Shown here piece by piece: positions 1 through 10,893 of a DNA stretch of 64,000 nucleotides. The stretch comes from Nannocystis bainbridge. GTDB lineage: Bacteria; Myxococcota_A; Polyangia; Nannocystales; Nannocystaceae. Below the pieces are notes generated by a model that worked only from the letters and a program-made list of their open reading frames with translations, was not told where the DNA came from and did not search any database. The stretch spans positions 160,001 to 224,000 of the forward strand of contig NZ_JAQNDL010000001.1 of assembly GCF_028368995.1 (NCBI RefSeq), written 5' to 3'. The position numbers and the translations under genes were made by a program. Each line of letters starts with the position of its first letter. Position 1 is the stretch's first letter.

Positions 1-632
1 GGCTCGCTGCGGACCGGCTCCGGCTCGCTCGGCGGCGTGACCGGGCGCGGCGGGGCCGGCGGCTCCGCCTGGACCTGCGCCTGCTCGGGTGCGCTCGGGC
101 GCGGGGTCGGCTCGCGGACCTCGATCGGCTCCGCGACGGCCCGCACCTCGCGCTGCGGTTCGCGCGGCTGCGATTGGACCGGGGTCGACCACGGCGTCTC
201 GGGCGGGCGCGAGGGCTCGCTCGGACGGACCACGGGCGTGCTCGGGCGCACGGGCGGTTGACCGCTGACCGGCGGCGGCACCGGCCGCCGGACTACCGGC
301 GGCTGCTGCTGCTGCTGGACGGGCGCAGGACGGACCACCGGCGGCGGCGTGGGACGGGGCGCTGCGGCCTCCTCCTCGCCTTCGTCGGCAGGACGCGGGC
401 CGCGACCGGCACGACGGATGACCGGCGCCGGAGCACCGGCGCGCGGGTCGTTGCGCTCGGGTTCGCGGCGTTCGCCGCCTTGAATGTGGCGACGGACGAG
501 CTCGGCCTGGTCGTCATCGAGCGTGCTCATCACGCCCTTGATCTCGACCCCGAGGCCGCGAATCACGTTCTCCATCACCTTGTTGTCCTTGCTCAGCTCT
601 TTAGCGAGCTCGTAGACGCGAATCTTGGCCAT
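1..632 (-). CDS. infB: Translation initiation factor IF-2, N-terminal part (runs off window)
   Basis: ATG at 632 reads MAKIRVYELAKELSKDNK..., the typical IF2_N start, then a Pro/Ala/Arg-rich linker; canonical position after nusA-ylxR. Confidence 0.92.
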   Translation of the reverse strand, partial: MAKIRVYELAKELSKDNKVMENVIRGLGVEIKGVMSTLDDDQAELVRRHIQGGERREPERNDPRAGAPAPVIRRAGRGPRPADEGEEEAAAPRPTPPPVVRPAPVQQQQQPPVVRRPVPPPVSGQPPVRPSTPVVRPSEPSRPPETPWSTPVQSQPREPQREVRAVAEPIEVREPTPRPSAPEQAQVQAEPPAPPRPVTPPSEPEPVRSE

Positions 633-635
633 AAC

Positions 636-1046
636 TCAGCAAACCCTCCCCACCGCGGCGCGCATGGCGGTCGCCAGGGCAGCGAGACGTTGGACGCGCG
701 GCGCAGCGGCGCTGCCGCTGCGGTTCAGGAGATCGATCATGCCCGCGAGCGCATCTCCGTGCGCGCTCCACAAAGCGGTGGGGTTCACCGCCGGCATCTT
801 GCGGGCGAAGCCGCGGGCGAAGCCGCCGCGGCGGGCGGCGCGCTCGAGACAAGAGCGCGCCGGACACACGTAAGCCGAGCGCCCCCTGGCCGAAAGGCCA
901 TGGCGCTTCGCACATGTCCGGATGTACTCGTCCGGAACGACCTGCACCTGCTCACCACCATCGGCGAGCAGGATCCTCGTCCGCAGGAGTTCAGCCTGCG
1001 GACGGATGGCGCGGCAGCCCACGCAAGTGCGCATCGGCGCATGCAT
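636..1046 (-). CDS. ylxR: YlxR/DUF448 family RNA-binding protein
   Basis: PMRTCVGCR...ELLR...GRSAYVC...CLERA motifs; lies between nusA and infB; start taken at MHAPMRTC just after the nusA stop. Confidence 0.85.
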   Translation of the reverse strand: MHAPMRTCVGCRAIRPQAELLRTRILLADGGEQVQVVPDEYIRTCAKRHGLSARGRSAYVCPARSCLERAARRGGFARGFARKMPAVNPTALWSAHGDALAGMIDLLNRSGSAAAPRVQRLAALATAMRAAVGRVC

Positions 1047-1047
1047 G

Positions 1048-2463
<1,416 letters not shown>

Positions 2464-2484
2464 AACCGGATGACCTCTGCTGTC

Positions 2485-3156
2485 CTAGCCGTGCCCCCCC
2501 GTACTCGGGGGGGAGTACACGAGGTTGGCCCGCCGGATGTCGGCGAGCGAGATCTTGTAGATGGTATCACTGTCGAGCGATCGCAAGAGCACCGTGCCGC
2601 GGCGATCGTCGTCAGGAGCGGCGGGGTCGACCTCGGTGCCGACGATCCGCCCGTGAAAGGTCCGCTGGTCGGCGCTGCCCTGGCCCGCGAGCGGGTGGAA
2701 CGTGCGGACCACCGCCCGCCCGCCGACGTGGCGGGCGAAGTGGCTGAGGCGTGCCAGCGGCCGGTCGACGCCGGGCGAGCTGACCTCGAGCGTGTACGGC
2801 AGCGACAGCAGGGCCGTCAGCTCCGGGGTCTCCGGGTCGGCCTCGGCGGCGTCGAGCGCGTTGCTCAGGACCCCGGCCATGCGCGAGCAGTCGTCCAGGG
2901 TCACGCCGTTGGGGTGGTCGAGGTACACGCGGGCGATGCGACCGCCGCGACCGCCGGCCCACTCGGTGAGCACGATCTCGAAGCCCATCGCCCGCGCCAC
3001 CGGCTCGATCGCCGCCTCGAGCAGCCGCACCGCGCCCTCGTGGACCTCATGCCCCGCGGCGTCGTGCTCGGACTCGGTGCCGGCAACGTCGTCGACCACC
3101 GCGGGCTGCGGCGGGACTTTCGAGCGGGAGTTGTGTGTCGGGCGCCTTGTGGCCAT
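2485..3156 (-). CDS. rimP: Ribosome maturation factor RimP
   Basis: RVYLDHPNGVTLDDC, YTLEVSSPGVDRPL, DIRRANLV; first gene of the nusA operon; start approximate. Confidence 0.92.
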   Translation of the reverse strand: MATRRPTHNSRSKVPPQPAVVDDVAGTESEHDAAGHEVHEGAVRLLEAAIEPVARAMGFEIVLTEWAGGRGGRIARVYLDHPNGVTLDDCSRMAGVLSNALDAAEADPETPELTALLSLPYTLEVSSPGVDRPLARLSHFARHVGGRAVVRTFHPLAGQGSADQRTFHGRIVGTEVDPAAPDDDRRGTVLLRSLDSDTIYKISLADIRRANLVYSPPSTGGHG

Positions 3157-3173
3157 GCGCGTGGAGTCGAGAC

Positions 3174-3211
3174 AAACAAAAAAGCGAGCTGGGCCAGTTG
3201 CCTGCTCGCTT
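3174..3211 (-). terminator. Intrinsic terminator/attenuator in the rimP leader
   Basis: Minus strand AAGCGAGC-(14 nt)-GCTCGCTT followed by TTTTGTTT, ending ~17 nt before the rimP start. Confidence 0.65.
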
Positions 3212-3369
3212 GCGAAAGGCAATTTGCTGGCCGGGCCTGTAGCACGGCGCTTGAAGGCGAGCAACCCCCTTGCCGGGGCGTGAGGACCTGGACCCCCCGG
3301 AGGGGCCCGCCCTGGAGTCAGGGGCCCCGGGAGGCTTGGCGGCGGGCGTTTTCTCGCTACCATCGCCCG

Positions 3370-4275
3370 GTGCGAGACCTTTGCGCCGCCCTGATCCAGC
3401 TCGGCAGCGGGGCCGATCCGGTCCCCAGCCTGGCCCGCGCCGCCGAACTCACGCGCGAAGCGCTGGCGCACGGCGCCGAGCTCGTCGTGTTGCCGGAAAA
3501 TTTCTGGGCCGTCGCCCCGCCCGGCCTCGATCGCCGGCCCTGGGCGGTCGACCTGAGCGCCCTCGGCCCGGGCGGCGATCTCCGCGGTGACCCGCCGCCG
3601 GTGCTGCGGCCGTTCCTGTCGCTCTCTCACGAGTACCCCGCCGCGGTGATCATCCTCGGCGGCCTGCCCGAGCTGCCGCCCACGGGCGGCGACGGCAAGT
3701 TCTACAACACTCTGGTCGCCGTGTTCGCCGGCCGCGTGGTCGCGGTCTACCGCAAGATCCACCGCTTCGACGCCACCTTGCCGGACGGTTCGCGCGCCTC
3801 CGAGTCCGACATCATCCTCGCGGGCGAGACTCCGCACGTGCTCGCGGCGCCGTTCGGCAAGATCGGCCTCAGCATCTGCTACGACCTCCGCTTCCCCGAG
3901 CTCTACCGCGCGCTCTCCGCGGCGGGCGCCGAGATCCTCGTCGTCCCCTCCGCCTTCACCCTCCTCACCGGCATCGACCACTGGGAGCCGCTCCTGCGCG
4001 CGCGCGCCATCGAGAACCAGGCCTACGTGCTCGCCCCGGCCCAGTACGGGCCCCACGGCCACGGCCGCCACAGCTTCGGCCACAGCCTCGCCGTCGATCC
4101 CTGGGGCGCCGTGATCGCCCAGGTCTCGCGCGGCGAGGGCCTGGCCCTCACCTGGCTGCGCGCCGACCTGCTCCAGCGCGTCCGCAGCGACCTGCCCGCG
4201 CTGACGCACCGCCGCCTCCACGGCGTAACTCCGGCCGAGGTCGTCACGTTGTCGGCCGACGAGACCCTGGCGTGA
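3370..4275 (+). CDS. Carbon-nitrogen hydrolase (Nit1/deaminated glutathione amidase-like)
   Basis: LVVLPEN, YRKIH, GLSICYDLRFPE, HWEPLLRARAIENQ (Glu-Lys-Cys triad); GTG start at 3370. Confidence 0.9.
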   Translation: MRDLCAALIQLGSGADPVPSLARAAELTREALAHGAELVVLPENFWAVAPPGLDRRPWAVDLSALGPGGDLRGDPPPVLRPFLSLSHEYPAAVIILGGLPELPPTGGDGKFYNTLVAVFAGRVVAVYRKIHRFDATLPDGSRASESDIILAGETPHVLAAPFGKIGLSICYDLRFPELYRALSAAGAEILVVPSAFTLLTGIDHWEPLLRARAIENQAYVLAPAQYGPHGHGRHSFGHSLAVDPWGAVIAQVSRGEGLALTWLRADLLQRVRSDLPALTHRRLHGVTPAEVVTLSADETLA

Positions 4276-4955
4276 CCGGCCCCGCCGGCGCCCCAGGTCG
4301 CGGCCCGAGCCCGGGCCGCAGCGCCCCGCCGGGCCTCCACCTCCTCATGGAGGGCTACCTCGACGGCGACGCGCGGGCCTTCGCCGCGCTGCATGCCGCC
4401 CTCCTCCCCCGCCTCACCGCCTTCCTCGTGCACCTCGTCCGCGACAGCGCCGCCGCCGATGACCTGGTCCAGGCGACCTGGCTCAAGGCCCACCTCGCCC
4501 GGTCCCGCTTCCAGGTCCAGGGCGCCAGCCCCGACGGCGCCGTGCAGGCCTGGTACTTCACGATCGCGCGCAACCTCGCGGTCGACCACCTGCGTGCCCA
4601 GGTCCGCGAGCGCCGCCGCCGCGACCCCGGCGAGCCCGACGGCGGCGAGCGCGACCGCCTGGCCGAGATCCCCTCCGACCTGCCGACCGCCGAGGAGCTG
4701 GAGATCGGCGAGGCCGAGGCGCAGGAGATCGCCTCGCGGGTGCGCGACGCGCTCGCCCAGTTGCCCGCCGGTCAACGCGAGATCGTCGAGCTCCACAAGT
4801 TCCAGGGCCTGAGCATGGCGGAGATCGCCGCTCGCCTGCGGATCCGCGAGGGCGCCGTGCGCGTCCGGGCCCATCGCGCTTACAAGGCCCTCGCGCGCTG
4901 GCTGACCCCGTCGCTGCGCGCCCTGCTGCTCCTGCTCGCGCGAGGTGGTGCTTGA
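4272..4955 (+). CDS. ECF sigma-70 factor
   Basis: Region 2 (ADDLVQATWLK, WYFTIARNLAVDHLR) and region 4 (LPAGQREIVEL...GLSMAEIA...GAVRVRAHRA). Confidence 0.92.
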   Translation: MTGPAGAPGRGPSPGRSAPPGLHLLMEGYLDGDARAFAALHAALLPRLTAFLVHLVRDSAAADDLVQATWLKAHLARSRFQVQGASPDGAVQAWYFTIARNLAVDHLRAQVRERRRRDPGEPDGGERDRLAEIPSDLPTAEELEIGEAEAQEIASRVRDALAQLPAGQREIVELHKFQGLSMAEIAARLRIREGAVRVRAHRAYKALARWLTPSLRALLLLLARGGA

Positions 4956-4986
4956 CCGCTCCTCGCACCGCTTCCGGAGGTCGCGC

Positions 4987-5622
4987 GTGACCGCGGTCGA
5001 CGCCAAGAGCCTGATCGCCGGCGACCTCGCCGAGCGCCGGCGCGAGCGCCTGCAGCACTTCCGTCCGGCCTGGCTGCTCGCTGCCGCGATCCCGCTCGTC
5101 GGCCTCCTCGCCACCGGCGCGCGCGACGACCTGTGGGCCCAGCCGGCCTGGATCCTCGCGCTGCAAGCCTTCGTCTGGGGCCTCGCGCTGTTCGCCTTGC
5201 CCGCCCTCGGCCTCGGCTTGTGGTTCCCGGGGCGCGCCGCCCGGATCGCTCTCGGCCTCGTCGCCGCCGTCGTCGCCGTCCTCGTCGCCGCCGGACCTGC
5301 CCTCTTCGACATGTCCTATCCAACAGGAATGGAAGACCACCCGATCTACCAGATCGGCTGCGCCTCCCTCACGCTCGCGGCCGGCGCCCTGGTGCTGGCC
5401 ATCTGCGCCGTCAGCGGGGCCTTCGTCCAGCGGCGGCGCAGCGCTGGCGCGCTGTGGCTGGCCGCTGCGATCGCCCTCGTCGGGATCGTCACCACCACCT
5501 GGCACTGCGTCATCACCGGCCTCGATCACACGCTGCCCTCGCACCTCGGGGCCGGCGTCCTCATGCTCTTGCTCGCCGGCCTCGTCGGCGCCGCTTTGCA
5601 CCGGCGTCAGCGCGGCCCCTGA
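4987..5622 (+). CDS. Multi-TM putative anti-sigma factor (NrsF/DUF1109-like)
   Basis: About 6 hydrophobic helices, Cys in IGCAS and WHC, directly after the ECF gene; start may be 4945. Confidence 0.6.
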   Translation: MTAVDAKSLIAGDLAERRRERLQHFRPAWLLAAAIPLVGLLATGARDDLWAQPAWILALQAFVWGLALFALPALGLGLWFPGRAARIALGLVAAVVAVLVAAGPALFDMSYPTGMEDHPIYQIGCASLTLAAGALVLAICAVSGAFVQRRRSAGALWLAAAIALVGIVTTTWHCVITGLDHTLPSHLGAGVLMLLLAGLVGAALHRRQRGP

Positions 5623-5713
5623 AGCGGCCGTCGTGCCCCGGCGCCGATCTCGGCGCGACGATCGCTGAAGCATTCGCCGCACCGGCCCGCGATCTGCGAT
5701 AGGCTGCGCGCGC

Positions 5714-6769
5714 GTGGCCACCGAGCACCTCCTCACCCGTGGGTATGACACCATCCGCATCGTCCACGACGGTTGCGACCTCGTCACCGGCGAGGGCGAG
5801 GACAGCGTCGTCCAGTCCTTCGACGACGACCTCGAGGCGCGCTCGCACCTCGACTACGTCCTGAAGCGCATGCGTCGCGAGGGCTACGCGGTCAACAGCA
5901 AGCACGTCGTCCTCGACCAAGGCCAGCGCGACGCCGGCGAGGGGCTGTTCGAGTGGGACGCCGAGCATCACCGGCTCCGCTGCGTGTTCACCGACGACCA
6001 CGGCGTGCGCGTCCGTTGCAAGGTCCTGGCCCAGGCCGTCGACGCGCGCAGCGCCGTCAGCCTCCACGTCGTGTGCGACCCGGCCAACCCCGGCGACGAG
6101 CTGACCGACGCGCTGAGCGAGCAGCCGCTCCCGCGGGTGCGCAGCTTCATCTTCGACGCCCCCTTCCAGACGATCACGCGCCAGCGCGACAACAGCCCCG
6201 GGCGGCTCGACCACATCCTGCGCTCCTTGCCCGCGCTCGAGTCGGCCTACGTCGCCGGCGCGCCGGAGCTCGAGTCCTGTCATCACGCCCGCCTCAAGCA
6301 CCTGCATCTGCTCGGCGACCCGCTGCCGGCCGAGGTCCTCGACGGGCTTGCGGGCTGCGAATTCCCGGCCCTCGAGCGGCTCGTGCTGTGCCTCAGCCGC
6401 GACGACGAGCCCGCGCCGGTCGAAGACATCGTGCTCGCCCTGCGCGCCCTGCGAGCCCCCGCGCTTCAGCACGTTTATCTCTCCGGCTCCGACGATCTGG
6501 TGGCGCTGCTCGACGCCCTGGGCGCCGCGCCGCTGCCCCCCTCGTGGACCATCCTCTCGGTCGAGGGCGTCCTGCGCGACGAGGACGACCTGATCGAGGT
6601 CCTGCGCGCCCGCGCCGACGTGTTCGGCCGCCTCGGCCGCCTCGCCCTCCCGCTCGTCGACGACCTCTCCGACGAGGCCGCCACCCGCGCCGCCGAGCTC
6701 GTGCCGCGCGTCCTCGACTGCGACGAGCTGCCCGACCAGGTGCTGCCCAGCGTCTACGAGGAGTGGTGA
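5714..6769 (+). CDS. Hypothetical protein with leucine-rich-repeat-like C-terminus
   Basis: Repeated LxxLxL motifs (LPALESAY, LKHLHL, LERLVL, LQHVYL); GC3-rich codons. Confidence 0.6.
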   Translation: MATEHLLTRGYDTIRIVHDGCDLVTGEGEDSVVQSFDDDLEARSHLDYVLKRMRREGYAVNSKHVVLDQGQRDAGEGLFEWDAEHHRLRCVFTDDHGVRVRCKVLAQAVDARSAVSLHVVCDPANPGDELTDALSEQPLPRVRSFIFDAPFQTITRQRDNSPGRLDHILRSLPALESAYVAGAPELESCHHARLKHLHLLGDPLPAEVLDGLAGCEFPALERLVLCLSRDDEPAPVEDIVLALRALRAPALQHVYLSGSDDLVALLDALGAAPLPPSWTILSVEGVLRDEDDLIEVLRARADVFGRLGRLALPLVDDLSDEAATRAAELVPRVLDCDELPDQVLPSVYEEW

Positions 6770-6771
6770 GC

Positions 6772-6890
6772 TGTCCGCTCGGGCATGTTCAAAAAGACAT
6801 GTCCTGAGCGCCATCTGCGAGCGAGCGGCCGCTCGGACCGCACGCTGTCATCACGCATGTCCTATCGGACATGCCTTGAAGAGCATGTCC
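6772..6890. repeat. Tandem array of the 14-bp palindrome TGYYC-N4-GRRCA (3+2 units)
   Basis: tgtcc-gctc-gggca|tgttc-aaaa-agaca|tgtcc-tgag-cgcca ... tgtcc-tatc-ggaca|tgcct-tgaa-gagca|tgtcc; between convergent genes. Confidence 0.85.
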
Positions 6891-6924
6891 TCCGCGCCAG
6901 CTTGTTGAGTCGCCCCCGCGGGCC

Positions 6925-7920
6925 TCACCCCTGCGTCGCCAGCCAGGCCGCGGTGCGCCGCAGCCCCTCGTCGAGCTCGACCTCCGCGCGGAACCCCAGC
7001 GACGCAGCGGCAGCCTGCGTCAGCGCGGCCGAGCGCGCGATCTCCCCCGCCCGCGCCGGCGCGAACCTGACGCCCGCGCCTTCCGCCCCGCAGGCGCGCT
7101 GCGCCGCTGCTGCCAGGTCGACGATCGCCAGCTCGCGCCCGGTGCCGATGTTGAGCCCCGCCGGCTCGGGCGGCCCGCCGGACATGTCCCCCGGGACATC
7201 TCCCGTCCTGGAGACGAGATCGGTCTCGACCGCCAGGTGGATCGCCCGGGCCACGTCGCCCACGTAGATCAGGTCGCGCGTCTGACTGCCGTCGCCGAAG
7301 ATCGTCAGCGGCTCGCCGCGGCGGGCCCGGGCCAGGAACGTCGCCACCACCCCCGAGTACGGGCTCGCCGGATCTTGTCGCGGCCCGTACACGTTGAACA
7401 GGCGCAGGCACACCGTCTGCACCCCGTGCAGCGGCCCCAGGCAGCCGAGGTACAGCTCGGCCGCGCGCTTGGCCGCCCCGTACGGCGACAGCGGCGCCGT
7501 CGGCTCGCTCTCCGCCACCGGCACCCGGCGCGGCTCGCCGTAGACCGCCGCCGACGACGCGAACACGAACCGGCGCGCCCCCGCGGCGGCCGCCCACAGC
7601 AGCAGCCGCGTCGTCGCGCGCAGATTGACGTCGAGGTCGTCGATCGGCGCCGCGAGCGAGCGCACCACCGAAGTCTGGGCTGCCAGGTGGACCACCGCCG
7701 CGAACGGCCCGAGCCCGGCCAGCGCGGGCTCCACCGCGCCGCGCACGTCGCCCTCGACCACCGCGACCTGCGGATCGCCTGCCCATTCGGACAGGTTCTC
7801 GCGCCGCCCGGTGCTGAAGTCGTCCAGCACCACCACTCGCCGGCCGGCCGCTCGCAGCGCCGCGACCGTGTGCGAGCCGATGAACCCGGCCCCGCCGGTC
7901 ACGAGCACCGCGTCGTTCAC
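6925..7920 (-). CDS. NAD-dependent epimerase/dehydratase (UDP-glucose 4-epimerase-like SDR)
   Basis: VTGGAGFIGSH, ASSAAVYG, SPYGAAK, RLFNVYGPRQD, GDGSQTRD. Confidence 0.93.
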   Translation of the reverse strand: MNDAVLVTGGAGFIGSHTVAALRAAGRRVVVLDDFSTGRRENLSEWAGDPQVAVVEGDVRGAVEPALAGLGPFAAVVHLAAQTSVVRSLAAPIDDLDVNLRATTRLLLWAAAAGARRFVFASSAAVYGEPRRVPVAESEPTAPLSPYGAAKRAAELYLGCLGPLHGVQTVCLRLFNVYGPRQDPASPYSGVVATFLARARRGEPLTIFGDGSQTRDLIYVGDVARAIHLAVETDLVSRTGDVPGDMSGGPPEPAGLNIGTGRELAIVDLAAAAQRACGAEGAGVRFAPARAGEIARSAALTQAAAASLGFRAEVELDEGLRRTAAWLATQG

Positions 7921-7929
7921 CGGTCCAGC

Positions 7930-8409
7930 CTAGCAGCGCCGCGACGCCAGCGCGAACGGGTTCTCCGGCCACAGCGACGGCTCGCCCTGCACGATCTCGA
8001 GCTGCTGCTCCGCCAGCGGCAGCGCCATTTGGCGGTACAGCGGCGCCGTCGTGAACCCGTACGGCTCGCCGTCCCCGTTGCTGTACGCGAACATCACCCG
8101 GCGCACGCTCGCCAGGTGCAGCGCCGCCAGGCACATCGGGCACGGCTGCCCGCTCGCGTACACCGTGCAGTCGTCGAGCTTCGCGCGCCCGAGCGCCGCG
8201 CCGGCCGAGCGCAGCGCCAGCATCTCCGCGTGGGCCGAGGGGTCGGGTCGCAGGTGCAGCTCGTTCACCCCCTCGGCCACGATCTGCCCCGCGCGCACCA
8301 CCACCGCCCCGTACGGCCGCCCGCCGGCGCACACGTTGGTGCAGGCGAGCTCGAGCGCGCGCGCGAGGAACCGGTCGTCGTCGGTCACCACCTCAGCATG
8401 CACGCACAT
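7930..8409 (-). CDS. Nucleoside/guanine deaminase (cytidine deaminase fold)
   Basis: AHAE and PCPMC zinc motifs; start uncertain. Confidence 0.88.
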   Translation of the reverse strand: MCVHAEVVTDDDRFLARALELACTNVCAGGRPYGAVVVRAGQIVAEGVNELHLRPDPSAHAEMLALRSAGAALGRAKLDDCTVYASGQPCPMCLAALHLASVRRVMFAYSNGDGEPYGFTTAPLYRQMALPLAEQQLEIVQGEPSLWPENPFALASRRC

Positions 8410-8460
8410 CGCCCGTCGGCCACTCGCGCCGGCCTCCGCGCGGCGCCTCGCCGCCGCGGC

Positions 8461-9315
8461 TCACACCGCCAGTTGCACGCGGTGCACCGCCACCTCTTCG
8501 CGCCCGTGGGGCAGCTCGAGCCCCTCGCCGGAGAAGCGGGCGATCGCCACCGTCACGTTGTCGGGGCCGCCCGCCGCGCAGGCCGCCTCGGTCAGCGCCC
8601 GGCAGCAGCGCAGCGGGTCTTCGTAGCGGAGCATCAGCCCCAGGATCTGCTCGTCGGTGACGGGCCCGGTCAGGCCGTCGCTGCACAGCAGCAGCACGTC
8701 GCCGGCGCGCAGTTGGACCACGTCGAACTCGGGGCCCACGCGCGGCTGGACCCCGAGCGCTTGCAGCAGCACGTTGCGGTGCTCGTAGTCGCGGGCCTGG
8801 TCGGGGCGCAGGCGGCCGGCCGCGATCAGCTGACCGACAACGCTGTGATCGGTCGTGAGCTGCGTCAGCGCCCGGCCGCGGCGGATGTACGCCCGCGAGT
8901 CACCGACGTGGCCGATCAGCAATTCTGGCCCGAAGGCCAGGGCCGCGGTCAGCGTCGTGCCCATCCCGTGACGCGCCGGATCCTCGACCGCTGCGGCGCG
9001 GATCTTGTCGTTCACCGCCGTGATCGCCTCGTGCATCACGTCCTGCGCTGCGGCCGTGCTGGCGAACGGCGCCCTCGCCTGGACCACCGCCGCCAGCACG
9101 TCGACCGCGATCGCCGACGCCACGTCGCCGGCCGCCGCCCCGCCCATCCCGTCGCACACCGAGATCAGCGTCCCGTGCGACGTCAGCGGTTGCACGCGCT
9201 GGTGCGGCAGCAGCCCGCGCTCCGCGGTCTTGAGGTTCTGGACCACGAAGTGGTCCTCGTTGCGCTTGCGGACGCAACCCACCTCGGTCCTTGCGAACAC
9301 CTCGAGCTGCGCCAC
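8461..9315 (-). CDS. PP2C-type Ser/Thr phosphatase (Stp1/PrpC-like)
   Basis: RKRNED, CDGMGG, MGTT, HVGDSRAY, CSDGL, GGPDNVT. Confidence 0.95.
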   Translation of the reverse strand: MAQLEVFARTEVGCVRKRNEDHFVVQNLKTAERGLLPHQRVQPLTSHGTLISVCDGMGGAAAGDVASAIAVDVLAAVVQARAPFASTAAAQDVMHEAITAVNDKIRAAAVEDPARHGMGTTLTAALAFGPELLIGHVGDSRAYIRRGRALTQLTTDHSVVGQLIAAGRLRPDQARDYEHRNVLLQALGVQPRVGPEFDVVQLRAGDVLLLCSDGLTGPVTDEQILGLMLRYEDPLRCCRALTEAACAAGGPDNVTVAIARFSGEGLELPHGREEVAVHRVQLAV

Positions 9316-9316
9316 C

Positions 9317-10645
9317 TCAGTGCATCCTCACCCGGAAGATCTGGTCCCCGACCCGGAACATATCGCCAGGTTGAAGGATGACATCCCCGCGGATCCGGAG
9401 ATAGGTCCCGTTGGCCGAGCGGAGGTCGGTCAGCAGCACCGTCATCGCGTCTCCGCGCAGCTCCATCGCCAGCTGCGCGTGTTGCCAGCTGACGAAGGGG
9501 TCGGTGGGGAAGATGATGTCGCCGAGCTCGCGTCCGAACACGATCTGCGGCGCGCGCAGGCAGTGGACCTCGGCTTCGGCCCCGCCGACCCCGATCAGCG
9601 TCAGCCGGCCCCACGCCGGCTGCATCGGCGTGCCGAACAGGCGCGTCGACGCGTCGTCGAGCTCTTGCTCGCGGGCGCCCGGGGGCAGGTTCTCGAGCCG
9701 CAGTAAATGATGACCGACCAGGAAGAGATCGCCCGGAAACACCGGTTCCGGCCGCGAGATCCGGACATAGACCCCGTTGCGCGATCCCAGATCGCCCAGG
9801 CGCACGCCCCCGCCGGCCGCCGGCTCGAGGCGGGCGTGGGCCGGGCTCAGGAACTCGTCGCTCGGGAACATCAGGTCGCCCTGCTTGCGGCCGATCGTCA
9901 GCGCCCCGCGCAGCGCCACCGACTCGCCCTCCGAGCCGTCGCGCTTCACCAGCACGATCCGCAGCGGCGCCGCCCCCGACGAGCGGCGCGAAGACTCGAC
10001 CGCCAGCCTCGCCATCGGCGCCGACCACGACGGCCCGTCTGGCGAGCCGCTCACCGCCACCGACGCCTGCTCGGCCGCCGGCGTCGCCTGACCCATGCGC
10101 GCCGTGTCGCCCGGGCCTGGGGTGTCGCGGGGCACCGGCGCCCCGTCCTCGCTGCTCCCCCGCGGGATCACGCGGGCCTGGCCCCACGAGCCGCCGTCAG
10201 CCGCCTCGACGCGGCCGGCCGGCGTGCTGCTCTCGGCCGCGACCTCGGCCGGGCTGGCGTTCGGGACAGGTGCGTCCGGTTGCGGCGCCGGGCTCGCCGG
10301 GACGATCCCTGCCTCCGCCTCCGCGGCCGGTTCGACCGCGGAAGAACGCGGCCCCGGATCGGGTATCGCAGGTCGTGCCGGCTCCACCTCGCCCGTCCCG
10401 TCGAGCAAGCGCCGCGGGATCAGCTTCATGCTCTGGGTGGTGGGACGCGGCCGGCGAGAGTGCACGCGGAGGCCGCAGATCTGGCAGAACTCGAAGCCAG
10501 CGCCGAGCGGCTGCCCGCAGCGCGCGCACTTCGGGAGTGCGCTCACTGGCGCCGGCGGCGTCAGGCGATAACCGCAGATCTCGCACGCGACGGCCTCTGG
10601 GGCGTGTTCGGTGCCACAGGCGGGACAGGGGATCCACTCCGTCAT
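9317..10645 (-). CDS. Double zinc-ribbon plus tandem FHA domain protein
   Basis: Four CxxC pairs at the N-terminus; two FHA cores (IGR...SPAHA...DLGSRNG; FGR...SWQHA...DLRSANGT). Confidence 0.88.
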   Translation of the reverse strand: MTEWIPCPACGTEHAPEAVACEICGYRLTPPAPVSALPKCARCGQPLGAGFEFCQICGLRVHSRRPRPTTQSMKLIPRRLLDGTGEVEPARPAIPDPGPRSSAVEPAAEAEAGIVPASPAPQPDAPVPNASPAEVAAESSTPAGRVEAADGGSWGQARVIPRGSSEDGAPVPRDTPGPGDTARMGQATPAAEQASVAVSGSPDGPSWSAPMARLAVESSRRSSGAAPLRIVLVKRDGSEGESVALRGALTIGRKQGDLMFPSDEFLSPAHARLEPAAGGGVRLGDLGSRNGVYVRISRPEPVFPGDLFLVGHHLLRLENLPPGAREQELDDASTRLFGTPMQPAWGRLTLIGVGGAEAEVHCLRAPQIVFGRELGDIIFPTDPFVSWQHAQLAMELRGDAMTVLLTDLRSANGTYLRIRGDVILQPGDMFRVGDQIFRVRMH

Positions 10646-10893
10646 CGGCGTCGTGCCTGGAGAAGGCTTGCCAGGGTCGCTCGCGTGGGATAGACCCGCG
10701 CTCGCCCGCTATTCGCCCCGCCAGGGTACCCGTCCGGCTCGGACCGCGTCAATTGAGCGTCGCCATTGCACAGTCAGGCTCGTCGCCGTCGCCCGCCGGG
10801 CCCGAGCAGTCGTCAACGCCCGCAGGTCGGCCCCTGCAGCCCTCGCCGCGCGCCTCGTGCTCGCGAGTCGGCCGCGGCCGGGACCCCGGACCC

